DNA from: an uncultured Candidatus Rokubacteria bacterium
Lineage (GTDB): Bacteria; Methylomirabilota; Methylomirabilia; Rokubacteriales; DASRDR01
NCBI GenBank assembly: GCA_963812945.1
Contig: CAWEXD010000008.1
Span: forward strand, 256,172 to 320,171
Reading direction: 5' to 3'
Length of the DNA stretch: 64,000 nucleotides
The number at the start of each line of letters is the position of its first letter. The stretch's first letter is position 1. Made by a program: the position numbers and the translations under genes. Below, piece by piece: positions 39,490 through 48,973 of the stretch. Under the pieces are notes generated by a model, which was not told where the DNA came from, did not search any database, and worked only from the letters and a program-made list of their open reading frames with translations.

Positions 39490-41049
39490 ATGCGAGTGAG
39501 TCGCCGAGCGTTTCTCAGAACGACCGGAACCGGAGCCGCGGTCCTGGCCGCAACTGGCCTCGGACGCCCGGCCCACGCCCAGAAGAAGCAAGTGGTGACG
39601 ATCGCCTTCCCGGAGACGGTCACCTCGATGGACCCGCATCCGGCGCCGCGCAACAGCCCGCGGGAGTCGATGTACGAGTCGGTGTTCGACCGGTTCCTCC
39701 AGCAGGACCGCCAGGGCAAGTACGGGCCCAACATTATCGAGAGCTGGCAGTGGACCGACGGCAAGATGGGCATGGCCGTCAAGATCCACCAGGGGATCAA
39801 GTTCCACGACGGATCCGATCTCACCGCCGAGGACGTCGCCTTCAGCATGAACCGGCTGAAGGAGGTCTCGATCTACAAGGCGACCTACGCGCGGGTCAAG
39901 GAGTACCAGGTCCGCGACAAGGCCACGATGCAGCTCGTCTTCGAGCGGTTCGACCCTTCGTTCCCGCGCTGGCTCGGCTTCCTCGCCGGCTTCGTGGTGC
40001 CCAAGGCCTACTTCCAGTCGCTCGGCGTGGACGACAAGGCGCGCGGCGAGGAGTTCGCCCGGAAGCCCGTCGGCTCGGGGCCCTACCGGGTCGTGTCCTT
40101 CACGCCGGGGAGCACGCTCGTGCTCGAGGCGTTCGACCGCTACTGGAAGGGCGCGCCGCCCATCAAGCGGGCGGTCTTCAAGATGGTGACCGACCCCACG
40201 GCCCGCGTGGCCGAGATCCTGTCGGGAAACGCCGACATCACGTCCGAGGTCCCCGTCGAGGAGTTCGGGCGTCTCTCCACCCAGGCGACCCTCAAGGGAG
40301 TCAAGCAGCCCGTCGCGGACATGGCGCAGGTCTTCCTCAACCCGCGCTTCGAGCCCTTCAAGAAGGAGGAGGTGCGCCTGGCGGTCCACTACGCGATCGA
40401 CAAGAAGGCGATCGTCGACAAGGTGCTGCTCGGGTTCGGCATGCCGCAGTCCTTGACCGAGGCGGCGCTCTATGACGCTTACGACCCGTCGTTCACCTTC
40501 CCGTACGATCCGGCGAAGGCCCGGCAGCTGCTCCAGACGGCGGGCTACTCGGCGTCGAATCCGCTGCGCCTCAAGGTCATGACGACCCGGGGCGTCCGGG
40601 CGAAGGACTTCGAGTTCATGTCCGCGATCACCCAGATGTGGAAGGACGTCGGGATCGAGGCCGAGCTCGAGGTCATCACGATCCCGCAGTGGTTCCAGTT
40701 CAGGACCGCTCGGGGGCAGGGAGGCCAGGACCTCGCTCCGCTGTCGCTCTATTTCTGGTCCAACCCCACCGGCGACCCGATCAACTCGGTCGGCTTCCAG
40801 AACAACGTCAAGGGACCGTTCCGCGTGTGGGAGTCGGAGGACCTCCAGCCCCTGATCGACCCGATCTTCGACGAGCGGGACGAGCCGAAGCGCATCGCCG
40901 CGGCCAAGAAGGCCGCCCGCTACGTCGTGGAGAAGGGCTACATCGTCCCGCTCTTCCAGGTGGTCCAGCCGGTCGTCATGAAGAAGGACCTCGCCTACCA
41001 GCCGTTCCCGACCGGCGTGCTGATCCCGCAGGAGATGTCCTGGATGTGA
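39490..41049 (+). CDS. ABC transporter substrate-binding protein, family 5 (peptide/nickel, DppA/OppA-like)
   Basis: 519 aa. A Tat-type signal (SRRAFLRTTGTGAAVLA) is followed by an SBP_bac_5 fold. Confidence 0.85.
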   Translation: MRVSRRAFLRTTGTGAAVLAATGLGRPAHAQKKQVVTIAFPETVTSMDPHPAPRNSPRESMYESVFDRFLQQDRQGKYGPNIIESWQWTDGKMGMAVKIHQGIKFHDGSDLTAEDVAFSMNRLKEVSIYKATYARVKEYQVRDKATMQLVFERFDPSFPRWLGFLAGFVVPKAYFQSLGVDDKARGEEFARKPVGSGPYRVVSFTPGSTLVLEAFDRYWKGAPPIKRAVFKMVTDPTARVAEILSGNADITSEVPVEEFGRLSTQATLKGVKQPVADMAQVFLNPRFEPFKKEEVRLAVHYAIDKKAIVDKVLLGFGMPQSLTEAALYDAYDPSFTFPYDPAKARQLLQTAGYSASNPLRLKVMTTRGVRAKDFEFMSAITQMWKDVGIEAELEVITIPQWFQFRTARGQGGQDLAPLSLYFWSNPTGDPINSVGFQNNVKGPFRVWESEDLQPLIDPIFDERDEPKRIAAAKKAARYVVEKGYIVPLFQVVQPVVMKKDLAYQPFPTGVLIPQEMSWM

Positions 41050-41122
41050 CGGAGCCATTGCAGGTGCGCGGCGGCGTCACGCCGCCGCGCGGGGGGGCAA
41101 CGTTCGAGGAAGGAAGGGGTCC

Positions 41123-42286
41123 ATGGCACATATGGGTCCGCGGTTTCCCTGGGCCGTCCTGCTCGTCACCGGACTTCTTTCGATCGGCGTGGCGACACGT
41201 CCGGCGACGGCGCAGGCGCCGGCGCCGTTCTTCCTGACCGGTCCGTGGTTGGCGACCGGCGAGATTGACAATGCCGACCCGCCGGTGTTCAGGGGCGACG
41301 AGGCGGAGATCATCACCGGCCCCGGGGCCGGAGGGCCCCCGCTCGTCAGGATCTTCCGGGTGACGCAATTCCCTCCTTCGAGCGGTGACCCGGTCGGCCC
41401 GGGGTTCTTGGCCTACGACCAGAATTTCCTCGGCGGTGTGCGGGTGGCCACGTGCGATCTCGACCCGGCTCCACTTCCGCCCCCGGGGGTTCCGGTGCCC
41501 GTGAGGATCCTCACTGGGCCGGGCCCCGGAATGGAGCCGCGTGTCCGCGTGTTCAGCGTGGACTCGGACGGTCAGAACCCGGTGATGCTGGCCGACTTCC
41601 TCGCGTACGATCCCGGCTTCACCGGCGGTGTGTCCGTGGCGTGCGGCGACATCAACGACGACGGCGTGGACGAGATCATCACGGGAACCGGCTGGGGTGA
41701 CGGCGCGCGCGTGCGCGTCTTCCAGACCGACCAGGCCGGAGCCTGGACGCTGCTCCTGGAGTTCGACGCGTTCGATCCAGCCCCGATCGGGGGCGTCCGG
41801 GTAGCTGCGGGAGACGTGACGGGCGACGGGCAGGACGAGATCATCGTTGGACGCGGATCCGGCAGCGCGCGGGTGCGCGTCTTCCAGGTGGTGCATCCTG
41901 GCCCGTTGCCGGCGGCGCAACTGCTCTTCGACCTTTTCGCATTCAACACCCCGTTCCTCCCCCTGGCCACCGGCGGCGTCTTCGTGGCGAGCGCAAGGCT
42001 CGGCAACGTGGGCCGGGATTCGATCATCACGGGATCGGGGCGAGGATTCCCCGATCGCATCCGGGCCTTTCGGGTCGACAGCGGCAACCTCGTCACGACG
42101 CTCGATCTGCCGATCCCCTCTCGCCTTGGTGTGCTCGGCCGGACAGGGATCATCGTGACCGGCGGGACGCTCACGGCCGCCCTGGACAGCGAGATCGTGT
42201 TCAGCCGGTACCTGGGCGGGTCGACGCGCGTGCGCTCCGTCTTCTTCATCGGCACGCCCGGCCGCGTCGACCTCGAGGCGTACTAG
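41123..42286 (+). CDS. secreted FG-GAP/VCBS-repeat beta-propeller protein
   Basis: It has a signal peptide and then five repeats of the pattern DxxGDGxDEIIxG...RVRVF. Confidence 0.7.
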   Translation: MAHMGPRFPWAVLLVTGLLSIGVATRPATAQAPAPFFLTGPWLATGEIDNADPPVFRGDEAEIITGPGAGGPPLVRIFRVTQFPPSSGDPVGPGFLAYDQNFLGGVRVATCDLDPAPLPPPGVPVPVRILTGPGPGMEPRVRVFSVDSDGQNPVMLADFLAYDPGFTGGVSVACGDINDDGVDEIITGTGWGDGARVRVFQTDQAGAWTLLLEFDAFDPAPIGGVRVAAGDVTGDGQDEIIVGRGSGSARVRVFQVVHPGPLPAAQLLFDLFAFNTPFLPLATGGVFVASARLGNVGRDSIITGSGRGFPDRIRAFRVDSGNLVTTLDLPIPSRLGVLGRTGIIVTGGTLTAALDSEIVFSRYLGGSTRVRSVFFIGTPGRVDLEAY

Positions 42287-42428
42287 CGGGCGGCGGGGTC
42301 ACGCCTCTCGGCGTGTGGACACGGAGTCGCTTGAGTCCGGGCCACCGCCGGTATATCGTTCGGCCCATCCACGGCCCCTTTCGGTGCGATCCTTGGTGAG
42401 GCTCGACTCGAGCCGACGGAGGTGAGCG

Positions 42429-43991
42429 ATGAGAGCGAAAGGCGTATGGACCGTGCTATTGGCATTGGGGCTCGGCCTCGGACTGGTGCCGCGAGCGGCG
42501 GTCGCGCAGCAGGCGGGGACGCTCGTCGTCGGTGCCGTCGCCGAGCCGGTGAATCTCGATGCGGCGCAGGTGACCGACTTCAACTCCACCCGGGTCATCC
42601 GGCGCATCACGGAATCGCTGGTGGCGTTCCCCGACGACAGCACGCAATTGGTTCCGGGGCTGGCCGAGTCGTGGACGGTGTCGCGTGATGGGCTCCAGTA
42701 CACGTTCAAGCTCCGGAAGGGGGTCAAGTTCCACGACGACACCCCGTTCAACGCGGAGGCGGTGAAGTTCTCCTTCGAGCGCCAGATCAATCCCGACCAT
42801 CCCTTCAACAAGCTCGGCAAGTACCCTTTCGCGAACTTCAACTTCGGGACCATCAAGGCCATCGAGGCCCTGGACGAGCACACCGTGCAGTTCGTGATGA
42901 AGGAGCCGCGCGCGTCCTTCCTCACGATCATGGCCTCGGCGCCCGCCGGCATCGTGAGTCCCGCCGCCGTCAAGAAGCACGGTGAGAACTACCCCAATTT
43001 TCCGGTGGGCACCGGTCCCTTCCGGTTCGTGAGCTGGGACCGCGGCCAGCGGATCGTACTGGAGAAGAACCCCGGCTACTGGAAGTTCCCGGTGAAGGTG
43101 GACCGCGTCATCTTCCGGCCCATCGTCGAGGAGCAGGCGCGGCTCACCGAGCTCTTGACGGGTAACCTCGACCTGGCCGTGAATCTGCCGCCGGACTTCA
43201 TCGCGCAGCTCGAGAACAACCCGCGCGTCAGCCTGATCAAGGGGGCCGGCGCCCACGTCTGGTACTTGGGCATCAACAACCAGAAGAAGCCCTTCGACGA
43301 CAAGCGCGTGCGGCAGGCCCTGAACTACGCCGTCAACAAGGAGGCCATCGTCCGCGACGTCCTGAAGGGGACCGGCCAGGTCTCGGCGGGGCCGGTGTTG
43401 CCTGGCACGTGGGGCGCCGAGCCGGGGCTCCGGCCGTACCCCTATGACCCGGAGCGGGCCCGGAAGCTCCTGGCCGAGGCCGGTCATGCGGGTGGCTTCT
43501 CCACCACCCTCTGGGTGCCGGAGTCGGGCTCCGGGATGCAGTCGCCGGTGGCCATGACGACGGTCATCCAGTCGAACCTCAAGGCGGTCGGTGTCAACGT
43601 GGCGCTGCAGACGATGGAGTGGGGCACCTTCCTGGCCAAGCTCAGGACGAAGGAGCAGGATCTGTTCGCGCTCTCGTGGGCGGCCGGCAACGAGGATCCC
43701 GATCTGGTGATCTATCCGCTGCTTCATTCCAGCCAGTGGACGCCGGGCGGACCCAACCGCGCGCTCTACAAGAACACCCGGCTCGACGAGCTGCTCCAGC
43801 AGGCGCGGATCACAACCGAGCAGGCCAAGCGAGCGGAGCTGTACCGCCAGGCGCAGCGGATCCTCTTCGAGGATCCTCCGTGGATCTTCATCGATCACGA
43901 GATCCAGGTGGGCGCGGTGTCCAAGCGCGTGCAAGGCTTCACCCTGCACCCGAGCTTCGACCTGAGAGTGGAGACGATCTCGCTCAAGTGA
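42429..43991 (+). CDS. ABC transporter substrate-binding protein, family 5 (DppA/OppA-like)
   Basis: 520 aa with a signal peptide and an SBP_bac_5 fold. Confidence 0.85.
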   Translation: MRAKGVWTVLLALGLGLGLVPRAAVAQQAGTLVVGAVAEPVNLDAAQVTDFNSTRVIRRITESLVAFPDDSTQLVPGLAESWTVSRDGLQYTFKLRKGVKFHDDTPFNAEAVKFSFERQINPDHPFNKLGKYPFANFNFGTIKAIEALDEHTVQFVMKEPRASFLTIMASAPAGIVSPAAVKKHGENYPNFPVGTGPFRFVSWDRGQRIVLEKNPGYWKFPVKVDRVIFRPIVEEQARLTELLTGNLDLAVNLPPDFIAQLENNPRVSLIKGAGAHVWYLGINNQKKPFDDKRVRQALNYAVNKEAIVRDVLKGTGQVSAGPVLPGTWGAEPGLRPYPYDPERARKLLAEAGHAGGFSTTLWVPESGSGMQSPVAMTTVIQSNLKAVGVNVALQTMEWGTFLAKLRTKEQDLFALSWAAGNEDPDLVIYPLLHSSQWTPGGPNRALYKNTRLDELLQQARITTEQAKRAELYRQAQRILFEDPPWIFIDHEIQVGAVSKRVQGFTLHPSFDLRVETISLK

Positions 43992-43992
43992 G

Positions 43993-44943
43993 GTGAGGCG
44001 GTACCTCGCGCGCCGGCTCCTCCAGCTGGTCCCGGTCCTGCTCGGGGTGTCCGTCGTCATCTTCATGGTCCTCCGCCTGGCGCCTGGGGACCCGGCCGAG
44101 ATCATGCTGGGTTCCCAGGCGACCAAGGAGGATCTGGACCGCCTGCGCACCGAGCTGGGCCTCACCCAGCCCGTTCACGTCCAGTACTTGCTGTGGATGA
44201 GCCACGTGGTTCGGGGCGATCTGGGCCGCTCCATCTGGAGAAAGCGGCCGGTCCTGACCGAGGTCATCCATCACTACAAGGCCACGATCATCCTCACGTT
44301 CGCGGCGCTGACGCTCTCGGCCGTGGGTGGCACGGCCCTGGGCGTCACCGCCGCCGTGCGGCCGAATTCCCTATTGGATCGCTGCAGCGCGGTGGCCTCG
44401 CTGTTCGGGGCCAGCATGCCCGTGTTCTGGCTCGGCATCGTGCTCATGGTGATCTTCGCGTTGGAGCTGCGGTGGCTGCCCGCCTCCGGCATGTTCTCGC
44501 CCTACGGTGGCGGTGACCTGGGCGACCTCCTCCGTCATCTCGTGTTGCCGGCGGTGACGCTGGCCTCGGCCACCATCACCATCATCGCCCGCCTCACCCG
44601 GAGCGCCATGCTGGAAGTCCTCGGACAGGACTACATCCGCACGGCACGGGCCAAAGGCCTGGTGGAGTGGACGGTGGTGGTGCGGCACGGGCTGAAGAAC
44701 GCCCTGGTGCCCATCATCACGGTCATCGGGGTTCAGACCGGCGTGCTCCTCGGTGGCGCCGTGCTGACCGAGACGGTCTTTGCCTGGCCGGGGGTGGGCA
44801 CCCTGATGGTGCAGGGGATCCTCGCGCGCGATTTCCCGCTCGTGCAGGGGTGCGTGCTCGTCATCGCCATGACGTTCGTCCTCATCAACCTCGCCGTCGA
44901 TCTCGCGTACGCCTGGCTCGATCCCCGCATCCGCTATGCGTAG
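43993..44943 (+). CDS. ABC transporter permease (DppB/OppB-like)
   Basis: 316 aa. The N-terminus MRRYLARRLLQLVPVLLGVSVVIFMVLRLAPGDP is followed by a BPD_transp_1 core. Confidence 0.9.
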   Translation: MRRYLARRLLQLVPVLLGVSVVIFMVLRLAPGDPAEIMLGSQATKEDLDRLRTELGLTQPVHVQYLLWMSHVVRGDLGRSIWRKRPVLTEVIHHYKATIILTFAALTLSAVGGTALGVTAAVRPNSLLDRCSAVASLFGASMPVFWLGIVLMVIFALELRWLPASGMFSPYGGGDLGDLLRHLVLPAVTLASATITIIARLTRSAMLEVLGQDYIRTARAKGLVEWTVVVRHGLKNALVPIITVIGVQTGVLLGGAVLTETVFAWPGVGTLMVQGILARDFPLVQGCVLVIAMTFVLINLAVDLAYAWLDPRIRYA

Positions 44944-45781
44944 CTCTTCCGAGCTGAGAAAGTTCCTGCGGCGCAATCTCCTGGCCACGACTGGGCTGGT
45001 GACCATAGTCGGCGCCGTGGTCGTAGCGCTGCTGGCGCCCCATCTTCCATTGGCCGACCCCGACGCCATCGATACTGCCAACCGGCTGCGGCGGCCCCTG
45101 ACGCCGGGGCATCTGCTGGGCACCGACGAGTTCGGCCGCGACCTGTTGGCCCGGCTCATCTGGGGCGGGCGCGTGTCGCTCCTGGCGGGCGTCGCCGCGG
45201 CGGGGGCCGCCATGCTGGTCGGGGTGACGCTCGGGATCGTGGGCGGCTACTACACGGGGTGGATCGAGACGATCGTCATGCGCGTGACGGACGTCTTGCT
45301 GGCCTTTCCCTTCATCCTGCTGGCCATCGCCATCGTGGCCGGCCTGGGCCCAGGCCTCCGCAACGCCATGATCGCCATCGCCATCGTCGGCTTCCCGTTC
45401 TACACGCGGCTGGTGCGCAGCGTCGTGCTCTCCATCCGCGAGCGCGAGTTCGTGGAGGGGGCGCGGGCGCTGGGGGGCAGCGACCGAATGATCCTGGGCC
45501 GCCACGTCCTGCCTCACCTGCTGTCGCCGGTGATGGTCACGCTCAGCCTCGACGTGGGCGCCAAGATCCTGGCCACGGCGGGCCTGTCCTTCCTGGGTCT
45601 GGGCACCCAACCGCCCACCGCGGACTGGGGCAGCATGCTCGCTACCGGCCGCCAGTTCGTGACCCTCAGCCCGCACGTCGCGCTCCTGCCAGGTCTGGCC
45701 ATCTTCGCCACGGTGCTGGCCCTCAACCTCGTCGGCGACGCGCTGCGCGACTGGCTCGATCCCCGTACCCATGCCCGCTGA
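44936..45781 (+). CDS. ABC transporter permease (DppC/OppC-like)
   Basis: 281 aa with an OppC-like N-terminus and a permease core. No ATPase genes follow it. Confidence 0.9.
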   Translation: MRSSSELRKFLRRNLLATTGLVTIVGAVVVALLAPHLPLADPDAIDTANRLRRPLTPGHLLGTDEFGRDLLARLIWGGRVSLLAGVAAAGAAMLVGVTLGIVGGYYTGWIETIVMRVTDVLLAFPFILLAIAIVAGLGPGLRNAMIAIAIVGFPFYTRLVRSVVLSIREREFVEGARALGGSDRMILGRHVLPHLLSPVMVTLSLDVGAKILATAGLSFLGLGTQPPTADWGSMLATGRQFVTLSPHVALLPGLAIFATVLALNLVGDALRDWLDPRTHAR

Positions 45782-46091
45782 GAGCCGGTCCCATGTTCGG
45801 AGGATGGATCGCACGTGTGGCGTTCCTGATGCTCGTCGGCCCGACGATGGTGGCGGCTCAAGGAGCGCACGTATGGTTCGACATCGATTGCGCGATGTCG
45901 CGAATCGTGCCCTGGCCTGGTGCGACTTGCCGAACCACGAACGTCGCGGCCGGCAGCGAAGGTGCGGGCGGCAGGTCCCAGCGGCACGCCGTGACGGGCA
46001 CGACGCCACGCGGTGGCCAGGGCGGCGCCGCACTTGGAACAGAAGCGGCGACCCTCGCGATTCTCGTGCTGGCGCCGCAGGCACTGCGTGC

Positions 46092-46355
46092 TCACCGTCG
46101 GTACGTCCTTTCGTCCTTTCCCCGGACGGCTTCGACGATCAGCTCGCCCTGGCTGGCGTCTGTCGAGTACAGCACCCGCCAGTCTCGCCCCACCCAGATC
46201 CGGTAGACCTCCTCCTGTCCCTCGACCTTGTCATAGCCCCGCGGCCGGGGATTCGTCTCGAGATCGAGGATCGCCTTGACCACGGCAAAGAAGGTCGTGT
46301 CGTCGTCGATGTCGAGGAGCTCCTTCTTCGCCCGGCGGCGGATCCGGAGCCTCAC
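46092..46355 (-). CDS. relE: type II toxin-antitoxin system RelE/ParE-family toxin
   Basis: 87 aa. The sequence RIRRRAKKELLDIDDDT...NPRPRGYDKVEGQEEVYRIWVGRDWRVLYSTD...LIVEAVRGKDERTY matches the RelE pattern. The GTG start overlaps the antitoxin stop (GTGA). Confidence 0.8.
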   Translation of the reverse strand: MRLRIRRRAKKELLDIDDDTTFFAVVKAILDLETNPRPRGYDKVEGQEEVYRIWVGRDWRVLYSTDASQGELIVEAVRGKDERTYRR

Positions 46356-46636
46356 CCAGCCCGGGTCTTCTTCAAGCGGGCCAGGCGAGCCTCGATCTCT
46401 CTGATTGGCAGGGCGTCGATCGGGTCCCGACGCCGGGAGCGGACCAGGGCGAAGTCCGGATCGCCCGGGCGAACGGGCTCGGGGCCGGAGGCCTCGAAGA
46501 ACGTCTTGAGGGCGCGGTCGACCAGCTCCCGTGCGGCCTCGGCCCGGGAGGGCTTCCGAGTGGCGAAGCGGTAGTCGTCCAGGCGATCCATCAGGCCCTT
46601 CGGCACCTTGATGTTCAGGAACGGGCCGCTGCTCAT
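46352..46636 (-). CDS. ribbon-helix-helix (CopG/Arc-type) antitoxin
   Basis: 94 aa. The ATG at 46636 is preceded by GGAGG. The N-terminal RHH region is LNIKVPKGLMDRLDDYRFATRKPSRAEAARELVDRAL. Confidence 0.7.
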   Translation of the reverse strand: MSSGPFLNIKVPKGLMDRLDDYRFATRKPSRAEAARELVDRALKTFFEASGPEPVRPGDPDFALVRSRRRDPIDALPIREIEARLARLKKTRAG

Positions 46637-46696
46637 GAGGTGTCCTCCCCTTCGGCCTGCCCAGGGTATCCCGCCTGTTAGGACAATACAATCGAT

Positions 46697-46713
46697 ACTG
46701 GCGGTATGCCAGT
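46697..46713. promoter_or_regulatory. inverted repeat ACTGGC-N5-GCCAGT, a candidate antitoxin operator
   Basis: A perfect 6-bp-arm palindrome lies in the low-GC intergenic region ~60-75 bp upstream of the antitoxin start, beside direct ACAATACAAT repeats. Confidence 0.4.
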
Positions 46714-46775
46714 GGACGCCCGGCCCCCGAAGCCAGGTTCCATCGTGAGCGCCCCGGTCTCCGCGCAGAAGGGTC

Positions 46776-46809
46776 TTGACACCCTCAGGCGAGTGCATAT
46801 TGTATACAA
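46776..46809 (+). promoter_or_regulatory. putative sigma70 promoter (TTGACA -35) with a GntR-type operator palindrome TTGTATACAA overlapping the -10 and transcription start, 3 nt before the GntR ATG
   Basis: TTGACA is at 46776-46781. After ~16-17 nt comes TATTGT/ATTGTA. The perfect 10-bp palindrome at 46800-46809 has the GT-N-AC core typical of GntR-family operators. The gene start is at 46813. Confidence 0.45.
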
Positions 46810-46812
46810 CCC

Positions 46813-47595
46813 ATGAAAGTCGGCGCCCGCCGAGTGCTTCCGGCCCGGGCGAGTCGGGCCGTCCCGATTCGCGACGCCGCGCCGCGGGCTCCGGCGCGGC
46901 TCCCGCCCCGCCGCGGCGCGACCGACGGCGCCGGCCGCCCGCTCTTCCAGGAGCCCATCCGCCGGGAGACCCTCGAGGAGCTCGCCTATCGCCATCTCCG
47001 CCAGGCGCTCGTCGAGGGCCGGCTCGCGCCGGGGGAGCGCATCGTCGCCGGCGCGGTGGCGCACTCGGCCGGCGTCAGCCGGATCCCCGTCATGCAGGCG
47101 CTCCGTCGGCTCGAGAGCGAGGGCTTCGTCCGCATCAACCCGCACAAGGACGTCGTGGTGGCGGGCCTCTCCCCGGAGGAGTTCCGTGAGCGGTTCCTCC
47201 TCATGGCCGCGCTCGAGGCGCTGTGTCTCCGCGAGGCCGTCGGCCGCATCACGCCGACGCTCCTGGCCGCGCTTCGCGGGCTCCAGCGGGACATGGCCGC
47301 CGCTCGCGCAGCCGGGAACACGGCCCGCGCGGTGGCGGCGGACAGCGAGTTCCACCGGAGGCTCTGGGAGGCCTCCGGCCTGAAGCAGGTGCTCCAGCTC
47401 CTCCAGAACATCTGGGACCGCGGCGAGTACTACCGCGTGATCATGCACGCCCGGCGGGGCGGCTTCGCGGCGGAGTCGCTCGCCGAGCACGAGGAGATCC
47501 TCCGGGCCCTCGAGGCGAAGGACTGGGCCCGGGCGGCCCGGGCCGTCGAGACCCATCGTCTGCGGGCGATGGAGCGACTGGCCGAGACGACGTGA
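46813..47595 (+). CDS. GntR-family transcriptional regulator (FadR/FCD subfamily)
   Basis: 260 aa. It has a winged HTH (SAGVSRIPVMQALRRLESEGFV) and an FCD C-terminal domain. It is either leaderless or has a very short leader. Confidence 0.75.
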   Translation: MKVGARRVLPARASRAVPIRDAAPRAPARLPPRRGATDGAGRPLFQEPIRRETLEELAYRHLRQALVEGRLAPGERIVAGAVAHSAGVSRIPVMQALRRLESEGFVRINPHKDVVVAGLSPEEFRERFLLMAALEALCLREAVGRITPTLLAALRGLQRDMAAARAAGNTARAVAADSEFHRRLWEASGLKQVLQLLQNIWDRGEYYRVIMHARRGGFAAESLAEHEEILRALEAKDWARAARAVETHRLRAMERLAETT

Positions 47596-47640
47596 CGCGG
47601 GACGGCAACCACCCCAACCGACCCAATACACGAGGAGGAC

Positions 47641-48930
47641 GTGATGGCTGAGCAAGGCGGGCGACCGAGCCGACGGCAGGTCCTGAAGGGCGCGGCCGTG
47701 TTCGGGGCAGGCGTGGGCTTCATCGGCAACTGGCGCCGGGCGAGCGCCCAGGCGAAGAAGCCGGTGGTCATCGGCCTCACGTGCGACGCGACGGGCACCT
47801 TCGCCGACAGCGGCCAGGCGGACCGGCGCGGCATGATCCTCGCGATCGAGGAGCAGAACGCCAAGGGCGGCGTCCTAGGGCGTCAGATCGAGCACCGCTG
47901 GGAGGACACCGAGACGGACGCCTCGGTGGCCGTCCGCAAGGCGCAGCGCCTCATCGAGCGGGACAAGATCGACTTCATGATGGGCGCCCTGTCGAGCGGC
48001 GTCGCCGCGCCGCTCTCCGAGCTCGCCCAGCGCTACGGGATCATCTACTTCAACTCGAACTCGAGCGCCGACACGGTCTCCGGCGACAAGTGCCAGCGCG
48101 TGAACTTCGTCTGGGACGCGAACAACTGGATGTTCGCCAACGCGCTGGGACCGCTCGTCGTGAAGAACCTCGGGAAGAAGTGGTTCATCCTCACCCACGA
48201 CTACGTGTGGGGGAAGAACGCCACGCAGGGCACGCGCGACGTGATGAAGAAGGTCGGGGCGGAAGAGCTGGGCGAGCTGTTCGTCCCGCAGGGCACGCGT
48301 GACTTCAGCGCCCAGCTCCTCCGGGTCCGGAGCGTCAAGCCCGAGGTGGTCATCGCCAACGTGGCGGGGATCGAGCAGACCGCCATGCGGGAGCAGGCGA
48401 GCGAGTTCGGGTCGGACAAGGACGCGGCGTGGGTGTTCCCGCAGCTGGACTTTCCCGACCTGGTTCCGCTGGGCGCGAAGAAGGCCTTCGGCTACTTCTG
48501 CACGACCTGGCACTACACGCTCAACGAGCCCGGCGTCAAGGAGCTGACCGAGCGGTTCCGGAAGCGCTGGGCCGACGCGCCGATCCCGGTGCCCGACAAC
48601 GTGTCGGTGAACGGCTACCTGGCGGCGCGGGAGCTCCTCCGCGCGATCGAGCGGGCCGGCACGACGCGGAACCACGAGGTCATCAAGGCCCTCGAGGGGC
48701 ACGTGATCAAGGACAACTTCCGGAAGTACCCGTCGGTGATCCGCGAGTGGGACCACCTGGTGGGCCAGATGCTCTACCTCGCCCGCACCAAGAAGCCCGC
48801 CGACATGAAGGAGAAGTGGGACATGATCGAGATGATCGCCGACGTGGCGCCCGAGGCGGCGTCGCCGCCCCGCGACATCTCGAAGTGCAAGATGCAGTCG
48901 CTCGCCGACACGCCGGTGTACGGGGGCTAG
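47641..48930 (+). CDS. branched-chain amino-acid-type ABC transporter substrate-binding protein (LivK/PBP1-like)
   Basis: 429 aa. A Tat-like signal (RRQVLKGAAVFGAGV) is followed by a periplasmic binding protein type 1 fold. Confidence 0.85.
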   Translation: MMAEQGGRPSRRQVLKGAAVFGAGVGFIGNWRRASAQAKKPVVIGLTCDATGTFADSGQADRRGMILAIEEQNAKGGVLGRQIEHRWEDTETDASVAVRKAQRLIERDKIDFMMGALSSGVAAPLSELAQRYGIIYFNSNSSADTVSGDKCQRVNFVWDANNWMFANALGPLVVKNLGKKWFILTHDYVWGKNATQGTRDVMKKVGAEELGELFVPQGTRDFSAQLLRVRSVKPEVVIANVAGIEQTAMREQASEFGSDKDAAWVFPQLDFPDLVPLGAKKAFGYFCTTWHYTLNEPGVKELTERFRKRWADAPIPVPDNVSVNGYLAARELLRAIERAGTTRNHEVIKALEGHVIKDNFRKYPSVIREWDHLVGQMLYLARTKKPADMKEKWDMIEMIADVAPEAASPPRDISKCKMQSLADTPVYGG

Positions 48931-48973
48931 GGGAATCAGGGGACGGGCGCCGGGGCGTGGGGTCGGTGACTTC

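Noticed and set aside
45514-46095. 193-aa minus-strand ORF starting with a GTG that overlaps the RelE stop; the N-terminus looks vaguely zinc-ribbon-like (CLRRQHENREGRRFCSKCG)
   Set aside because: Only one Cys is in the first knuckle. The remainder is Arg-rich low complexity and runs antisense through the DppC 3' end. It is probably a shadow ORF, though a third TA-operon gene cannot be fully excluded.
45793-46206. 138-aa plus-strand ORF with a signal-peptide-like start (MFGGWIARVAFLMLVGPTMVAAQG) in the 310-bp gap after DppC
   Set aside because: It overlaps the RelE gene on the other strand by >100 nt. It has lower GC3 and no ribosome-binding site. There is no homolog memory. It is treated as non-coding spacer left by the TA insertion.
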